A stretch of 64,000 bases of DNA from Spirochaetota bacterium (GCA_965205605.1 CBDBHE010000007.1:480001-544000), one strand, 5' to 3'; positions 42,694-53,686 are shown, counted from the stretch's first letter. A program made the numbers and translations. The notes: generated by a model not told the origin, from the sequence alone.

Positions 42694-44268
42694 TTAAATT
42701 TGGAGTTTATTTTTAAGATTATTATAAATAAACTCCAATGAATCTACTAAGGCTTGCCAAGAAGCTTCAATAATATTTTCTGAAATCCCAACGCTTCCCC
42801 AGTCAGTTTCTCCGTCTGTTGAACGAATAAAGACTCTTACTTTTGCGGAAGTTGCTTTTTTTGCATTTAAAACTCGTACTTTGTAATCAATGAGTTTAAT
42901 TTTACGCAAAAAAGGATACCGACTTTCAATGGCATTTCTTAAAGCTTTATCTAAAGAGGCGATTGGTCCGGTTTCACTTCCTTTTCCTTGGTAGATTTTT
43001 CCATTGACTTTAAGTTTGATTTTTGAGCTTGTTTCAATGGTATTTTCTTTGGTTTTAGAGGAATTTACTTGATAATTAATAAATTTAAAAAGAGGTTTGT
43101 ATTGTTTAATGACTTTTCTAATGAGTAATTCAAAAGAGCCTTCTGCAGATTCATATTCATAGCCTTCTTTTTCCTTTTGCTTAAGGATAGTGGCAATGGT
43201 TGTAATTTCCTTTGATTCTTTTTTAAAGCTCCCAAATTTGTTCATTTTATAAATGATCGTTGATTTACCGGCAAGTTCACTGAGTAAAATACGTCTTTTA
43301 TTGCCGACGAGTTCACCGTTGATATGTTCCATAAGTTTGGCATTTTTGATGATAACATCAGCATGTTGGCCTGCTTTATGAGCAAAAGCACTGAGACCGA
43401 CATAGGGTTGTCTTTCATCGGGAATGATATTGGCAATTTCTGCAATGTAGCGAGAGACAGGGGTGAGTAATTTGATAGATTCTTCATCAAAGATTTTTTT
43501 ATTTGTTTTAAAATGAATGTTGGGAATAATGGTACAAAGATTTGTATTGCCACAACGTTCCCCCCATCCATTCATGGTTCCTTGAATTTGTTTCACTCCA
43601 TAATCTAAGGCAATCAAAGAATTACTAACGGCAATCCCCGTGTCATTATGTAAATGAATGCCTAGAGAAATCTTTTTAATTTCGTTTACTTTTTTTAGGA
43701 TTTCAACAAACAGTTGGTGAGAGCAACCTCCATTTGTATCACATAAAACAACGGTATCAGCTCCTGCTTGATAGGCAGTGTTGATGGTTTTTAAAGCATA
43801 GGTAGGGTTATGTAAATAACCATCAAAAAAATGTTCGGCATCGTAGATGACTTCTTTGTTGTGTTTTTTAAAAAAACTAACCGATTCATCAATCATTTTT
43901 AAATTATCTTCTAAACCAGATTTAATGACTTCGATGACATGCTTGGTAGAAGATTTGCCTACAATAGTCACCACAGGGGTTTCTGCTTGTAAAAGAGCTA
44001 AAATATGGGGATCGGTTTCAACTTTATTACCTGATTTTTTAGTGCTTCCAAAAGCACTTATTTTTGCATTTTTTAAATTAATTTTTTGAATTTCTTTAAA
44101 AAATTGTTTTTCTTTTTCATTAGCAAGAGGAAATCCTCCTTCAATATAGTTGATGCCAATGGTGTCAAGAGCTTTTGCAACATTAATTTTATCTTCTAAA
44201 GTGAAGGAGATTTTTTCTCCCTGCATCCCATCTCTTAAAGTTGTGTCGTAGATTTCTACTTTTTTCAT
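42694..44268 (-). CDS. cimA: Citramalate synthase
   Basis: YDTTLRDG.QGE, YDAEHFFDG, HLHND, QPYVG.SAFAHK.G.H, DYKVR and NIIEASWQAL motifs. Confidence 0.92.
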   Translation of the reverse strand: MKKVEIYDTTLRDGMQGEKISFTLEDKINVAKALDTIGINYIEGGFPLANEKEKQFFKEIQKINLKNAKISAFGSTKKSGNKVETDPHILALLQAETPVVTIVGKSSTKHVIEVIKSGLEDNLKMIDESVSFFKKHNKEVIYDAEHFFDGYLHNPTYALKTINTAYQAGADTVVLCDTNGGCSHQLFVEILKKVNEIKKISLGIHLHNDTGIAVSNSLIALDYGVKQIQGTMNGWGERCGNTNLCTIIPNIHFKTNKKIFDEESIKLLTPVSRYIAEIANIIPDERQPYVGLSAFAHKAGQHADVIIKNAKLMEHINGELVGNKRRILLSELAGKSTIIYKMNKFGSFKKESKEITTIATILKQKEKEGYEYESAEGSFELLIRKVIKQYKPLFKFINYQVNSSKTKENTIETSSKIKLKVNGKIYQGKGSETGPIASLDKALRNAIESRYPFLRKIKLIDYKVRVLNAKKATSAKVRVFIRSTDGETDWGSVGISENIIEASWQALVDSLEFIYNNLKNKLQI

Positions 44269-44403
44269 TTATTTTATTGTTTAATTTTTTACTATTGTAA
44301 CTTGCTTTATCTATTAGTAACAAATATTAAATAAAAATTTGTTGCTTTAATTATTTTTAAAATTTACGACAATATCTTAATAAAGACTTAAAAAAAAGAT
44401 ACG

Positions 44404-46320
44404 ATGTCACCTAAAATTATTGCTTTTGTTGGTAAAGGGGGAGAGGGAAAAACTCTTGTCGCCATTAACACGACGATTTCATTAGTGTATCTTTCTGCTT
44501 TGAGTAAAAAAAAATCTTTAAAAGTTTTGTATATTGATTGTGATATTAGTTTTTATAAAAAAAATACTAATTGGCAAATTGACACACCATTGTCCTTATC
44601 TGATTTTTTTAATCATAATGTCCCTTTAAAAGAAATTATTCAAGAAAAGAAGTTAAAAATTCAAAATCATGAATGCAAAGTCAGTATTTTACCAGGTCGC
44701 TTTGAAGCCATTGAAAATATAAGTAAAATCAAACTCTTACAAAGCAAGCTCAATGATTTAAATTATGATTTTTGGATTTTAGATATTGGGGCTGGTATTA
44801 AAGAGGGGATGTTTGAATTTGTGAATTTGGCTTCTGATATTTTTTTTATTACTCAAAATAATGTTCAGTCGATTCGCTCTATTGTTGACATTCTTTCGTA
44901 TGTTTATTTAAAAAATCCTTTAGCAAGGAAGTTGATGATTGTTAATCGAGTCAACTTTGAAGAAGAAAAAAAAGAGTTGCTTAAAACCATTAGCAGCGAT
45001 TATAAAGACAATCTTTCTATGAGAGATTTTTTTACTTTTTTTGAAACCAATAAAAATCAAATGGAAGGTCAACTTGAAGATACTAGAAAATGCTTAAAAG
45101 AATGTCTTTTTCAGAGAACCATTAACTTGCCAGAAGAACACATCAGTCCCATTAAACAAGGAAAATTAGGAGACTTTCTTTATCATCAAAAAGATCTATT
45201 TGATGATAAGTTTGGAATGGTTTTTGAAGCTGATTGGATACAAAAAAAAAAAATCGGCCATCAAGAACTTTTAGAAGTAACCCATAAGCTTTTTTTTAAT
45301 GAACATTTCCTTGATCCAGAAGGAGCTTGTTTTATTTATATTGCTTCTAAGCTTTTTTTTTCTCGTTCTATTTGGGATCAATTTTTTAATTTAGAAAAAT
45401 TATTTTTAAAAATTTTTAAAAAAAAAATGAATAAAAATAATCTTCGTTCAAAAAACTCGCATCAATTAGTTGATTATTTGTACTTGATGCCTTCTTTTCA
45501 GCACCTTTTGCCTAAAATCAAACTTTTTTTAGGATCTAAAGGGGGTATTGGTAGGACTCTTTGTCTTTCTTCTGCTTTAGATTTACAAAAAGATACGAAG
45601 AAAAAAATCTTAGTCGTTGATTTGTCTGTTTTTAAAGGATCAAATTATTCAACTATTTTACATTTTTTTAATAATGTTTTAGATACTTCTATTAAATCTT
45701 TAGTCGAAGGCGGTAGCCTTTTTTCTTTAAAAACACAACAAAAAAGTAAAAATATTGATTTATTTACTTTTAACCCTACCGTTCAACTAGAAGGAAGGGC
45801 GCATTGGTTTTTAGATCTTTTTATTAGTAAACTTTATGAAATCGATAAGAAAAAAAATTATGATTTAATTATTTTTGATTTTCCTTCTGGTATTGATGAG
45901 CGAAGTATTGTTTTATCAGCAGCTTGCTCGAATGTTATTTTAGCTCTAGACACTCATGACGGAGAATCGTATCAAAAATTTTTTCGTTATATTTATGAAA
46001 TGATGACTTTTTTAAATAAAGTAGAAATTGAAAACAGAAAGCCTCTTAATTTTATTCTCTTATTTCTAAAAAGTAAAAAAGATTATTCTAGTAAATTAGG
46101 GCAATTAAATAAAATTTTAGATCAATACATTAACAAACACTTTAAAACAGATTTGATTTCAAAAAAAGGTGTTTATAGTTTGAGTTTTTTAAATGAAATA
46201 AGGGCTTCTTTTACTTGTGGTGGTTATGAAGCAGGAAAATTAATCCCAACTCGTTGGTTAAATGAGAGTTCTATTTTTATTGAAGAAGTTAAAATCATTA
46301 AAAAGGTTTTTGGCTTATAA
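44404..46320 (+). CDS. Tandem MinD/FlhG/ParA-family ATPase (two P-loop domains)
   Basis: Domain 1 GKGGEGKT, DCD, LDIGAG and VNRV; domain 2 SKGGIGRT, VDL and FDFPSG. Confidence 0.75.
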   Translation: MSPKIIAFVGKGGEGKTLVAINTTISLVYLSALSKKKSLKVLYIDCDISFYKKNTNWQIDTPLSLSDFFNHNVPLKEIIQEKKLKIQNHECKVSILPGRFEAIENISKIKLLQSKLNDLNYDFWILDIGAGIKEGMFEFVNLASDIFFITQNNVQSIRSIVDILSYVYLKNPLARKLMIVNRVNFEEEKKELLKTISSDYKDNLSMRDFFTFFETNKNQMEGQLEDTRKCLKECLFQRTINLPEEHISPIKQGKLGDFLYHQKDLFDDKFGMVFEADWIQKKKIGHQELLEVTHKLFFNEHFLDPEGACFIYIASKLFFSRSIWDQFFNLEKLFLKIFKKKMNKNNLRSKNSHQLVDYLYLMPSFQHLLPKIKLFLGSKGGIGRTLCLSSALDLQKDTKKKILVVDLSVFKGSNYSTILHFFNNVLDTSIKSLVEGGSLFSLKTQQKSKNIDLFTFNPTVQLEGRAHWFLDLFISKLYEIDKKKNYDLIIFDFPSGIDERSIVLSAACSNVILALDTHDGESYQKFFRYIYEMMTFLNKVEIENRKPLNFILLFLKSKKDYSSKLGQLNKILDQYINKHFKTDLISKKGVYSLSFLNEIRASFTCGGYEAGKLIPTRWLNESSIFIEEVKIIKKVFGL

Positions 46321-46340
46321 TTGTTTGAAAGGAAAATAAA

Positions 46341-47129
46341 GTGCTTCGTTTATTTGCAATCTCAGACTTGCATGTTGATTATCGAGAAAACAAAAATTGG
46401 GTTAATGCACTTTCTAAAAAAGATTATCAAAATGATTTTTTAATTCTTTCAGGAGATATTTCTAGTCGTTTTTCTCTTTTTAAAAAAACACTGGATCAAC
46501 TCAATCATCTTTTTAAAAGTGTTTTTTTTGTTTTTGGTAATCATGATCTTTGGATCGAACCCCCTTTTACAGACTCTCTTGAAAAATGGTTTTTTATTAA
46601 AAAAGATCTTGAAAAAATGGGTATTATTTTATCGCCGTATTTCTTTGAAAGTATTTTTTTTGTGCCTCTTTTTAGTTGGTATGATTTTTCTTTTGGGTCT
46701 TTAAACGAACCATTAGTTAAAAAATGGACTGATTTTAAAAAAATCAAATGGCCAGGTAATAAAAAATATCATGAAATAACCAATTATTTTTTGAAGGAAA
46801 ATCAAAAAAATCTTTTAATTTATCAAAAACGTTTTTTAAAAACAAACAAACAAACCCTTAAAAAAGTCATTACATTTTCCCATTTTTTACCAAGAATAGA
46901 CTTATTACCAAGTCCAATGCCTAAAATGATTGTGCAACTTCAAAGTGTTTTAGGGTGTCAAGGCATTGAAAAACAAATTAGGCAGATCAACTCTAATCTT
47001 CATATTTATGGTCATTTACATGCTTATCAGAGTGCGTTCTTTGAAGGAGTGCACTATCTTAATAGTGCTTTTGGATACCCTAGGGAAGCTCATTTAACAA
47101 AAAAAGCTCTTTTAGAAATTAATGTTTAA
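46341..47129 (+). CDS. Calcineurin-like metallophosphoesterase
   Basis: SDLH, GDI, GNHD, SHFLP and GHLH motifs. Confidence 0.9.
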   Translation: MLRLFAISDLHVDYRENKNWVNALSKKDYQNDFLILSGDISSRFSLFKKTLDQLNHLFKSVFFVFGNHDLWIEPPFTDSLEKWFFIKKDLEKMGIILSPYFFESIFFVPLFSWYDFSFGSLNEPLVKKWTDFKKIKWPGNKKYHEITNYFLKENQKNLLIYQKRFLKTNKQTLKKVITFSHFLPRIDLLPSPMPKMIVQLQSVLGCQGIEKQIRQINSNLHIYGHLHAYQSAFFEGVHYLNSAFGYPREAHLTKKALLEINV

Positions 47130-47612
47130 TTTTTTTTTTGTAATTTTTTTATATAATTTAGAATCAATAAGATTGGTATAATTTTTTTCATTTAGTTGAT
47201 TTTCAATAATATAAAGGGTTAACATTTTTTTTGTGACTTGAATTAATTTTTCTTTTTTCCAATTTGTATAAAGATAGGAATCAATTTTAGAATCTTTAAT
47301 TTGGTTCTTAATGGTTTTTGTTTTTGGTATTTTTGTAATAATGATTTTTCGAGTGTCGTGATAGCGGATGTCCCAATAAAGCTCTGCAAAAGAAGAAATA
47401 TTTTTTTTCTTCAGTCGCTCATGATCACTAATGATAAGACCGATCGTGTTTTTATTATTTGTTTCATAAAGGCTTTCCATAAAAGAAAAAACATTTTCTA
47501 CATAGCTAAACTCATAAATATTAATTTCGTTTTTAAAGCAATCAAGGGCTTTAATCAGTTTTTTTAAACCTATTTCTTGACGATTAATGCAAATAATATT
47601 AATTTTTTTCAT
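47112..47612 (-). CDS. Degenerate response-regulator receiver-like protein
   Basis: IGLIISDH, TRKIIIT and W.KEKL patterns; acidic pocket and the KP lysine not conserved. Confidence 0.5.
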   Translation of the reverse strand: MKKINIICINRQEIGLKKLIKALDCFKNEINIYEFSYVENVFSFMESLYETNNKNTIGLIISDHERLKKKNISSFAELYWDIRYHDTRKIIITKIPKTKTIKNQIKDSKIDSYLYTNWKKEKLIQVTKKMLTLYIIENQLNEKNYTNLIDSKLYKKITKKKLNINF

Positions 47613-49476
47613 TTTTTTTTAAAAAATCTCTTATTCTAAGATAGTCATTTTCACTAAAAAATGGAAGATTTATTAACTTTTTTTTTTCACAATTTGCAAT
47701 ATTTTTAATAGAATTAAAATTCTTTAATAAAATTTTGATTTTTCCTTTCCCTAATCCTTTTATTTTCAATAAAGCACTTTGTAAATTTTCTTTATCTCTT
47801 TTGCTAATGTGGCTTTTATTGGTAAATCGATGGACTTCATTTCGTACTTGAATTAAAAAATTCAAAGCAGGGTTATCAATATTGAGCTGTAGACCTTCTT
47901 GTTTTTTGGGGACATAAATCATTTCTTCTTTTTTTGCCAAACTAATAATTGGTTGTCCTTTGATGCCAAGTTGATCTAAGCTTTTTTTTGCAGCACTTAA
48001 TTGTCCCTTTCCTCCATCAATTAAAATCAAATCAGGTAATGGTTTTTTTTCTTTTAAAAGACGCTGATATCTTCTTAAAACAGCTTCTTCTATGGATATA
48101 AAATCATTTTGTGTTTTGCTGGATTGGATATTAAAAAGACGGTAATTGCTGACATCTTTCTCTCCATTTTCAAATCGAACCATTCCTGCCATAATCGCTT
48201 GAGAAGCGGTATTGGCAATATCGAAGGCTTCAATGGTTTTAGGTTCTCTAGGTAGTTTTAAAAATTCTTTTAAATACTTTCCAACTCTTTTTTTTTCATT
48301 TCTTTTGATAGCTTCATGAAAAGAAACCTTTGCATTAAGATGAGCTAAATCTAGCAGTCTTTTTTTATTTCCTTTTAAAGCTTGGTTGATTTCAATGTGA
48401 TTAGATTTAAAATTTTTTTTAAAAATATCTTTAAGAATTTCTAAAGTAGTTTCTAAAAAAAATGGTTCAAAAGGAGTGATGATTTCACCAATAAATTCGG
48501 TATGATTTTTTCGATAATAGTCTAATAAAAAGTGTGAAAATACCCCTAAAATGATTTTTTGTTTATCATCTTCATCTATTGTTTTTAAAAGAATAGAGCT
48601 TTCAAATTCGTAATTTTTTTTATCATATAATTTTCCGTTGCGTATTTTAATAAGAGCGATTATCAGCAAGTCTTCGTTAATTGAATAATTAAAAATATCC
48701 ATATTATTTTGAGCGTGAGTGATTTCCAAGCGCTTTAATTTTAAAGATTCTAAAGTATCGATTCTTTTTTTAACGATGGCGGCTTTTTCATAATTAAGCT
48801 CTTTAATGTCGGTTTTCATAGTTTCTTTTAGTTGTATAACTAGCTTTTCGTGATTGCCCTTTAAAATAGCAGTGATTTCTTTTACCATTTCATCGATTGT
48901 TTCTTGTTTTATATTTCCTGTGCAATAATCTAAGCACAACCCTACATGAAAATAAGTACAAGGTTTAAAATACTTTGGAAATCGTTTTTGACGACACTTT
49001 TTTAAAGGATAAAGAGAGTGAATTAAATCATAAGTTTTGTATAAAGCAGATAAGTCCGTAAAAGGTCCAAAATAAAGCCCTAAATTTTTTTTAATTTCTC
49101 TTGTTTTAAAAAGCCTAGGAAAAACTTCTTTTGTTGTTAAACATAAATAAGGGTAAGTTTTTTGATCTTTTAATTGAATGTTATAAAAAGGTTTAAATTG
49201 TTTGATTTGGTCATTTTCTAAAAGAAGAGCTTCTTTTTCGTTTTTAGTAATAATAATTTCGATATCTTTAATTTTAGCGACGAGATGTTTTGTAAAGGCT
49301 CTAGTGTGGTTGGAAGTGAAATAAGATTGAACACGATTTTTTAAGTTTTTTGCTTTTCCAATGTAAAGAATCTTTCCTTTTTGATCAAGCATTTTATAAA
49401 TGCCGAATGTTTTAGGAAGATTTTCTATTTTTTTTTGTAATTTTAAATTGGGTTTAGAAGTATAATTTTTGAACAA
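47599..49476 (-). CDS. uvrC: Excinuclease ABC subunit C
   Basis: GIY..YIGKAKNL..RV.SYF, IEAFDI, LIDGGKGQL, RNEVHRF and HhH; probable TTG start at 49476. Confidence 0.96.
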   Translation of the reverse strand: MFKNYTSKPNLKLQKKIENLPKTFGIYKMLDQKGKILYIGKAKNLKNRVQSYFTSNHTRAFTKHLVAKIKDIEIIITKNEKEALLLENDQIKQFKPFYNIQLKDQKTYPYLCLTTKEVFPRLFKTREIKKNLGLYFGPFTDLSALYKTYDLIHSLYPLKKCRQKRFPKYFKPCTYFHVGLCLDYCTGNIKQETIDEMVKEITAILKGNHEKLVIQLKETMKTDIKELNYEKAAIVKKRIDTLESLKLKRLEITHAQNNMDIFNYSINEDLLIIALIKIRNGKLYDKKNYEFESSILLKTIDEDDKQKIILGVFSHFLLDYYRKNHTEFIGEIITPFEPFFLETTLEILKDIFKKNFKSNHIEINQALKGNKKRLLDLAHLNAKVSFHEAIKRNEKKRVGKYLKEFLKLPREPKTIEAFDIANTASQAIMAGMVRFENGEKDVSNYRLFNIQSSKTQNDFISIEEAVLRRYQRLLKEKKPLPDLILIDGGKGQLSAAKKSLDQLGIKGQPIISLAKKEEMIYVPKKQEGLQLNIDNPALNFLIQVRNEVHRFTNKSHISKRDKENLQSALLKIKGLGKGKIKILLKNFNSIKNIANCEKKKLINLPFFSENDYLRIRDFLKKNEKN

Positions 49477-50491
49477 TTTTTCTATTGTAATCGTAATTAA
49501 GACGTTCTTTATTTTGATAAAAATTGGTGATTGTTTTATAACAATCACCGGGGATAAAACTTAAGTAAGAAAGGACTCTTGTTGCAATTTTTTCATTGGT
49601 TAATTGGTTCATTTTATGAGTTGATTTTTGAGAAATATTAGGGGTTGCTTGGGAGATTTCTAAAAACCAGTTTGTGATGGCTTTGACTAAAAAATGAGCA
49701 TAATCAATATAATACCTTCGATCATCGGTGCTCGTGGTTCTTTTTACTGTAAATTGATGATGATTAAAAATAGCGTAAGCTTCGCTATAAATGATTTCTA
49801 AATCTTTTGGAAGGGAAGGTGCTTTTTTTTTAAAAAAAAATTCTTGTTCTTCTAAAAATCCTTTAGAAAAATCGGGATTGTTTTTTATTTTTGCATAAAA
49901 AATATGAGCAAGACTTGAAGGATACAATTCAGTTGTTTTTCTATAAGTTTCGATAACTTTTTGACTAATTTTTATTTGTTGTTCTTTTTCTATGTTAGGT
50001 AAGGCTTTAAAAAGAGTGTTTTTAAAGTTATCAATATTGGCTTCTATTTTTTCTATACTGAAATGGATCGATTTTTTTTCTTTAATTATTTCTAAAAAGC
50101 TTTGCTTTTTTAATTTTTGAATAATCTCTTTTATTAAAGCTAATTCTAAGTTTAATTGTTCATTAAATTTTTGAATAGAGATTATCCCTCGAAAAAAGTT
50201 AAGTCTTTTAGTAGGTTTTAAATATTGGTGATAAATATTTTCTCTTAACACAAGAAGATTTTTTTTTTGACAAATAATGTTTTTTTCTTCTTGAGTTAAT
50301 TCTATTAAAAAAGGAGTTTGATTTAGAAAAAAAATAAATTGATTGGATATTTTTTCTTTTTTTTTTATTTCTGATAAAGCTTCATAGATAAAAAGAGGGT
50401 TTGTTAAAAAGAGCAGCATGATTTTTTTAAAGCATTTTTTGATGGTAGCTGCTGAGTCGAGTTGATTTTGTTCTACTTTGATTTCTTCCAA
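49454..50491 (-). CDS. Hypothetical protein
   Basis: 345-codon ORF overlapping the uvrC start; no motif recognised. Confidence 0.6.
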   Translation of the reverse strand: MEEIKVEQNQLDSAATIKKCFKKIMLLFLTNPLFIYEALSEIKKKEKISNQFIFFLNQTPFLIELTQEEKNIICQKKNLLVLRENIYHQYLKPTKRLNFFRGIISIQKFNEQLNLELALIKEIIQKLKKQSFLEIIKEKKSIHFSIEKIEANIDNFKNTLFKALPNIEKEQQIKISQKVIETYRKTTELYPSSLAHIFYAKIKNNPDFSKGFLEEQEFFFKKKAPSLPKDLEIIYSEAYAIFNHHQFTVKRTTSTDDRRYYIDYAHFLVKAITNWFLEISQATPNISQKSTHKMNQLTNEKIATRVLSYLSFIPGDCYKTITNFYQNKERLNYDYNRKIVQKLYF

Positions 50492-50501
50492 AAGGATACC
50501 T

Positions 50502-50759
50502 CTAAAGTTGAGGGGTTAAAAGTAACAAAAAAAGATTAACAAAAACAAGCACGACAAAAGAACCTATTGTAATAATAGATAAATATTTTTTAGTTAAACA
50601 ATCTTTCATCTTTAGTAAATAATAAAAGACATAAAAAGGAATGAAAAGGATTAATAAGGCTTGATGAAAGCGTTTTTCTTTAATTTTTAAAAAAAAAGAA
50701 ATTAAAATCCCTAACAGGATAGAGAAAAAAGATAAATGATAAATGAATTTTAATAGCAT
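50502..50759 (-). CDS. Small hypothetical membrane protein
   Basis: Three hydrophobic segments; co-oriented with the downstream genes. Confidence 0.5.
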   Translation of the reverse strand: MLLKFIYHLSFFSILLGILISFFLKIKEKRFHQALLILFIPFYVFYYLLKMKDCLTKKYLSIITIGSFVVLVFVNLFLLLLTPQL

Positions 50760-50926
50760 TTAAAATCTTACCATTTTTTTTATTTTTTTGAAGACTTATT
50801 TAATTCATTTGAGCCATTTTTTAAGAAAAAAAAATCTTTTTTCCTTTTTTCGATGAAGTTCTTATTTGAGTAAAAAGGTTTATAGGGTAAGCTTGATTGA
50901 TCCCAAAAGGGTTTTTTTGAAAAATC

Positions 50927-51610
50927 ATGAATCCATTTCGAATATTTTTATTTTTAAAGCTTCTTTTACTTTGCTTTTTTTTTACCAATGCTTATCCTTA
51001 TAGTGGTGAAGAGATTTATAATTTAATTAAGTCAGGGCATCAAAGGATTTTTCCGAAACAATTTAGAGCTACCGTTGATTCACTTTTAGTCACTAAACAA
51101 TTAGAAACGATTCCAAGAGATAAAGTGATTTTTGGAAAGAGGCCTTATGTTCAGCTTCTTTTTAAAGAAAAGCTTCCATTAAAACTAAAAGTAAAAAATG
51201 TAGAATCTTACTATAAAGATTTTTTTGAAGTGTATGAGGCGATTTTAATTCGTTCGGGGTTCTTTTTTGGAGTTAATCAATTTTATACAGCAGCTTCTTT
51301 TTTAAAGGCTTACCGTCTTGTTTGGGATGCGGCTCAAAAGAGGGTGCAAATTTTTGAAAGAGAAGAGTTACCAGGGGATTATGGATTTTTTTATGTGGAT
51401 GAAAGTTTTAAAATCATTCGAAGTGAGTTTTTTGAAAATAATAAAAAAATAGGAGAAATTAAGTTTGTCCATAAAAAAATTAAAGAGTTTGTTGTTATTG
51501 ATACCTTATCGATATGGTTTTTGGAAGAGGGTACTCATAAAAAAATTACTTTTGATGTAAAGCTGAGTCGTTTTGATTTTTCTTTTTTTTCTTCGGTTTT
51601 ATTTGATTAA
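50927..51610 (+). CDS. Exported hypothetical protein
   Basis: Signal peptide (TNA-YP); beta-rich C-terminal half. Confidence 0.65.
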   Translation: MNPFRIFLFLKLLLLCFFFTNAYPYSGEEIYNLIKSGHQRIFPKQFRATVDSLLVTKQLETIPRDKVIFGKRPYVQLLFKEKLPLKLKVKNVESYYKDFFEVYEAILIRSGFFFGVNQFYTAASFLKAYRLVWDAAQKRVQIFEREELPGDYGFFYVDESFKIIRSEFFENNKKIGEIKFVHKKIKEFVVIDTLSIWFLEEGTHKKITFDVKLSRFDFSFFSSVLFD

Positions 51611-51612
51611 TT

Positions 51613-52071
51613 GTGATTAAACTCATTGCTTCTAATAAAAAAGCGTATTACAACTACTTTATTAAAGAAGAGTATGAAGCGGGCCTTGTGCTAACAGGGG
51701 GAGAAACAAAATCGGTACGTCTTGGTCGAGTAAGTCTTAAAGAATCTTATGCTCATATTTCTAAGTTTTTTGTCCCAGAAATCATTAATTTGAATATCAA
51801 AGCTTATGAACAAGCCACTCAAATGGAAGTACAACCTAAAAGAATAAGACGACTTTTATTGCATAAAAAAGAAATTAAAAAACTTCAAGAATTAATTCAG
51901 AAAAAAGGTTTGACGTTAATTCCTTTAAAGCTTTATTTTAAAAATCAATGGATTAAAATTAAGATTGGGGTTTGTGTAGGGAAAAAACTTTACGATAAGA
52001 GAGAAAGCATTAAAAAGAAACAAATTGAAAGAGAAATTCAATCAGAAATAAAAAAAATTAAAATAAAATAG
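51613..52071 (+). CDS. smpB: SsrA-binding protein
   Basis: NKKAYYNY, EAGLVLTG.E.KS.R, LLLHKKEI and GKKLYDKRE motifs. Confidence 0.97.
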   Translation: MIKLIASNKKAYYNYFIKEEYEAGLVLTGGETKSVRLGRVSLKESYAHISKFFVPEIINLNIKAYEQATQMEVQPKRIRRLLLHKKEIKKLQELIQKKGLTLIPLKLYFKNQWIKIKIGVCVGKKLYDKRESIKKKQIEREIQSEIKKIKIK

Positions 52072-52076
52072 TTTAT

Positions 52077-52105
52077 TTGACTATTTTGATCATTTCTGTT
52101 ATACT
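52077..52105 (+). promoter_or_regulatory. sigma70 promoter of rho
   Basis: TTGACT-17 bp-TATACT with extended TG, about 170-190 bp upstream of the rho start. Confidence 0.65.
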
Positions 52106-52273
52106 CATTTACCTAATATTAAGTAATTTCACTTTTTTATTTTTATCCAAAGCTCTTAAAGATTTTTTTTTGATTAAGTAATTTAGCAAATTAATTTTAT
52201 ATTGTTAATTAAGGTTAATAAAAAAATAAAATTTTTGATTTTAAATAAAATAAGTAAGTAAATAGTTTTTAAA

Positions 52274-53686
52274 TTGAAGGAAAAGTTTCAAATGGGATCT
52301 TCTAGTGGAAATTTTAAGAAATCAAAACCAAGGTTTCGTAGTCATCCAAATAATAATTTTAATCATAAGAAGAAAGAAAACTATGTAGAAGTGATCCCAC
52401 AAGGCAAAAATGCTTTAGAAGGCAAGCGGATTTATCTTGATGAACTCAATCGAAAAGATATTCGTGAGCTTGTGCAAATGGCGAAAGATTTAGGGGCAAG
52501 TACTGAAGGAGAAGTCACTAAGCAAAAAGTGATTTATAAGATTCTTGAAAAGTCAATTACTAATAATGATGTGGTTATTTATGCTACTGGTGTTTTAGAA
52601 AGGCTTTCAGAAGGTTATGGATTTGTTCGTTCTGTAGAATATAATTATTTACCGGGCTCGGATGATATTTATGTTTCTCCTGCTCAAATAAGGACTTATA
52701 ACCTTAGAACAGGAGATACTATTTTGGGTCAGATACGACCCCCTAAGCCGAGTGAAAAATATTTTGCTATGTTGATGATCCATGAAGTTAATTTTATTAA
52801 GGTTGATGATTTAAAAAATCGTGTTTCTTTTGATTCGCTTACACCTTATTATGCCACTTCTAAGCTTTGTTTAGAAGATCTTTATAATAACTATGCCACT
52901 CGAATGATTGATTTGTTTTGTCCCATTGGAAAAGGACAAAGGGCTCTCATTGTTTCTCCTCCTAAAGCTGGAAAGACGATATTACTTCAAACAGTTGCCA
53001 ATGCGATTGCTAAAAATCATCCAGAATGTTATACGATTGTTCTGTTAATTGATGAAAGACCAGAAGAAGTAACTGATATGAAGCGTAATGTCAAAGCAGA
53101 AGTCATTTCTTCAACTTTTGATGAACCAGCGATTCGTCATGTCAATGTTGCTAAAATGGTCATTGAAAAAGCAGAAAGATTAGTTGAGAATAAATATGAT
53201 GTGGTTATTTTACTTGATAGTCTTACTCGTTTAGCGCGTGCTTATAATCAAGTAGAGCCTGCTTCAGGGAAAATTTTATCAGGGGGAGTTGATTCAAATG
53301 CCCTTCATAAGCCTAAGCGATTTTTTGGAGCTGCTCGTAACATTGAAGAAGGTGGCTCGCTTACTATTATTGCAACTGCCCTTATTGATACAGGTAGTAA
53401 AATGGATGAGGTTATTTTTGAAGAATTTAAAGGGACTGGTAACATGGAGCTTTTGCTTTCAAGAAGAATTTCTGAAAGACGTATTTTCCCAGCGATTGAT
53501 ATTCGTCGTAGTGGGACAAGAAAAGAAGAACTCCTTTTAGGCGAAGCGGTGATCCCTAAAATGTTTGCTCTTAGAAATGCTTTGGCTACTCTTGATGAAA
53601 TAGAAGCCATTGATTTGGTTTTAAGTAAAATGAAAATGACCAAAGATAATGAAAATTTTTTGAAAGCCATGAATTCTTCTAGCTAA
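52274..53686 (+). CDS. rho: Transcription termination factor Rho
   Basis: [43 protein letters not shown] and SGTRKEELL motifs. Confidence 0.98.
   Translation: MKEKFQMGSSSGNFKKSKPRFRSHPNNNFNHKKKENYVEVIPQGKNALEGKRIYLDELNRKDIRELVQMAKDLGASTEGEVTKQKVIYKILEKSITNNDVVIYATGVLERLSEGYGFVRSVEYNYLPGSDDIYVSPAQIRTYNLRTGDTILGQIRPPKPSEKYFAMLMIHEVNFIKVDDLKNRVSFDSLTPYYATSKLCLEDLYNNYATRMIDLFCPIGKGQRALIVSPPKAGKTILLQTVANAIAKNHPECYTIVLLIDERPEEVTDMKRNVKAEVISSTFDEPAIRHVNVAKMVIEKAERLVENKYDVVILLDSLTRLARAYNQVEPASGKILSGGVDSNALHKPKRFFGAARNIEEGGSLTIIATALIDTGSKMDEVIFEEFKGTGNMELLLSRRISERRIFPAIDIRRSGTRKEELLLGEAVIPKMFALRNALATLDEIEAIDLVLSKMKMTKDNENFLKAMNSSS

Noticed and set aside
44346-44372. Possible sigma28 promoter for the tandem ATPase (TTTA-N15-TACGACAA)
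   Set aside because: The match is too weak to be meaningful in such AT-rich DNA
52274-52390. Basic, Asn-rich N-terminal extension of Rho
   Set aside because: Short, and low-complexity Rho extensions are widespread and known
53289-53670. Alternative-frame and antisense ORFs in rho, and similar shadows in metG, cimA, bioF, yraN, dctP and DUF58
   Set aside because: They fully overlap well-supported genes and show no motifs
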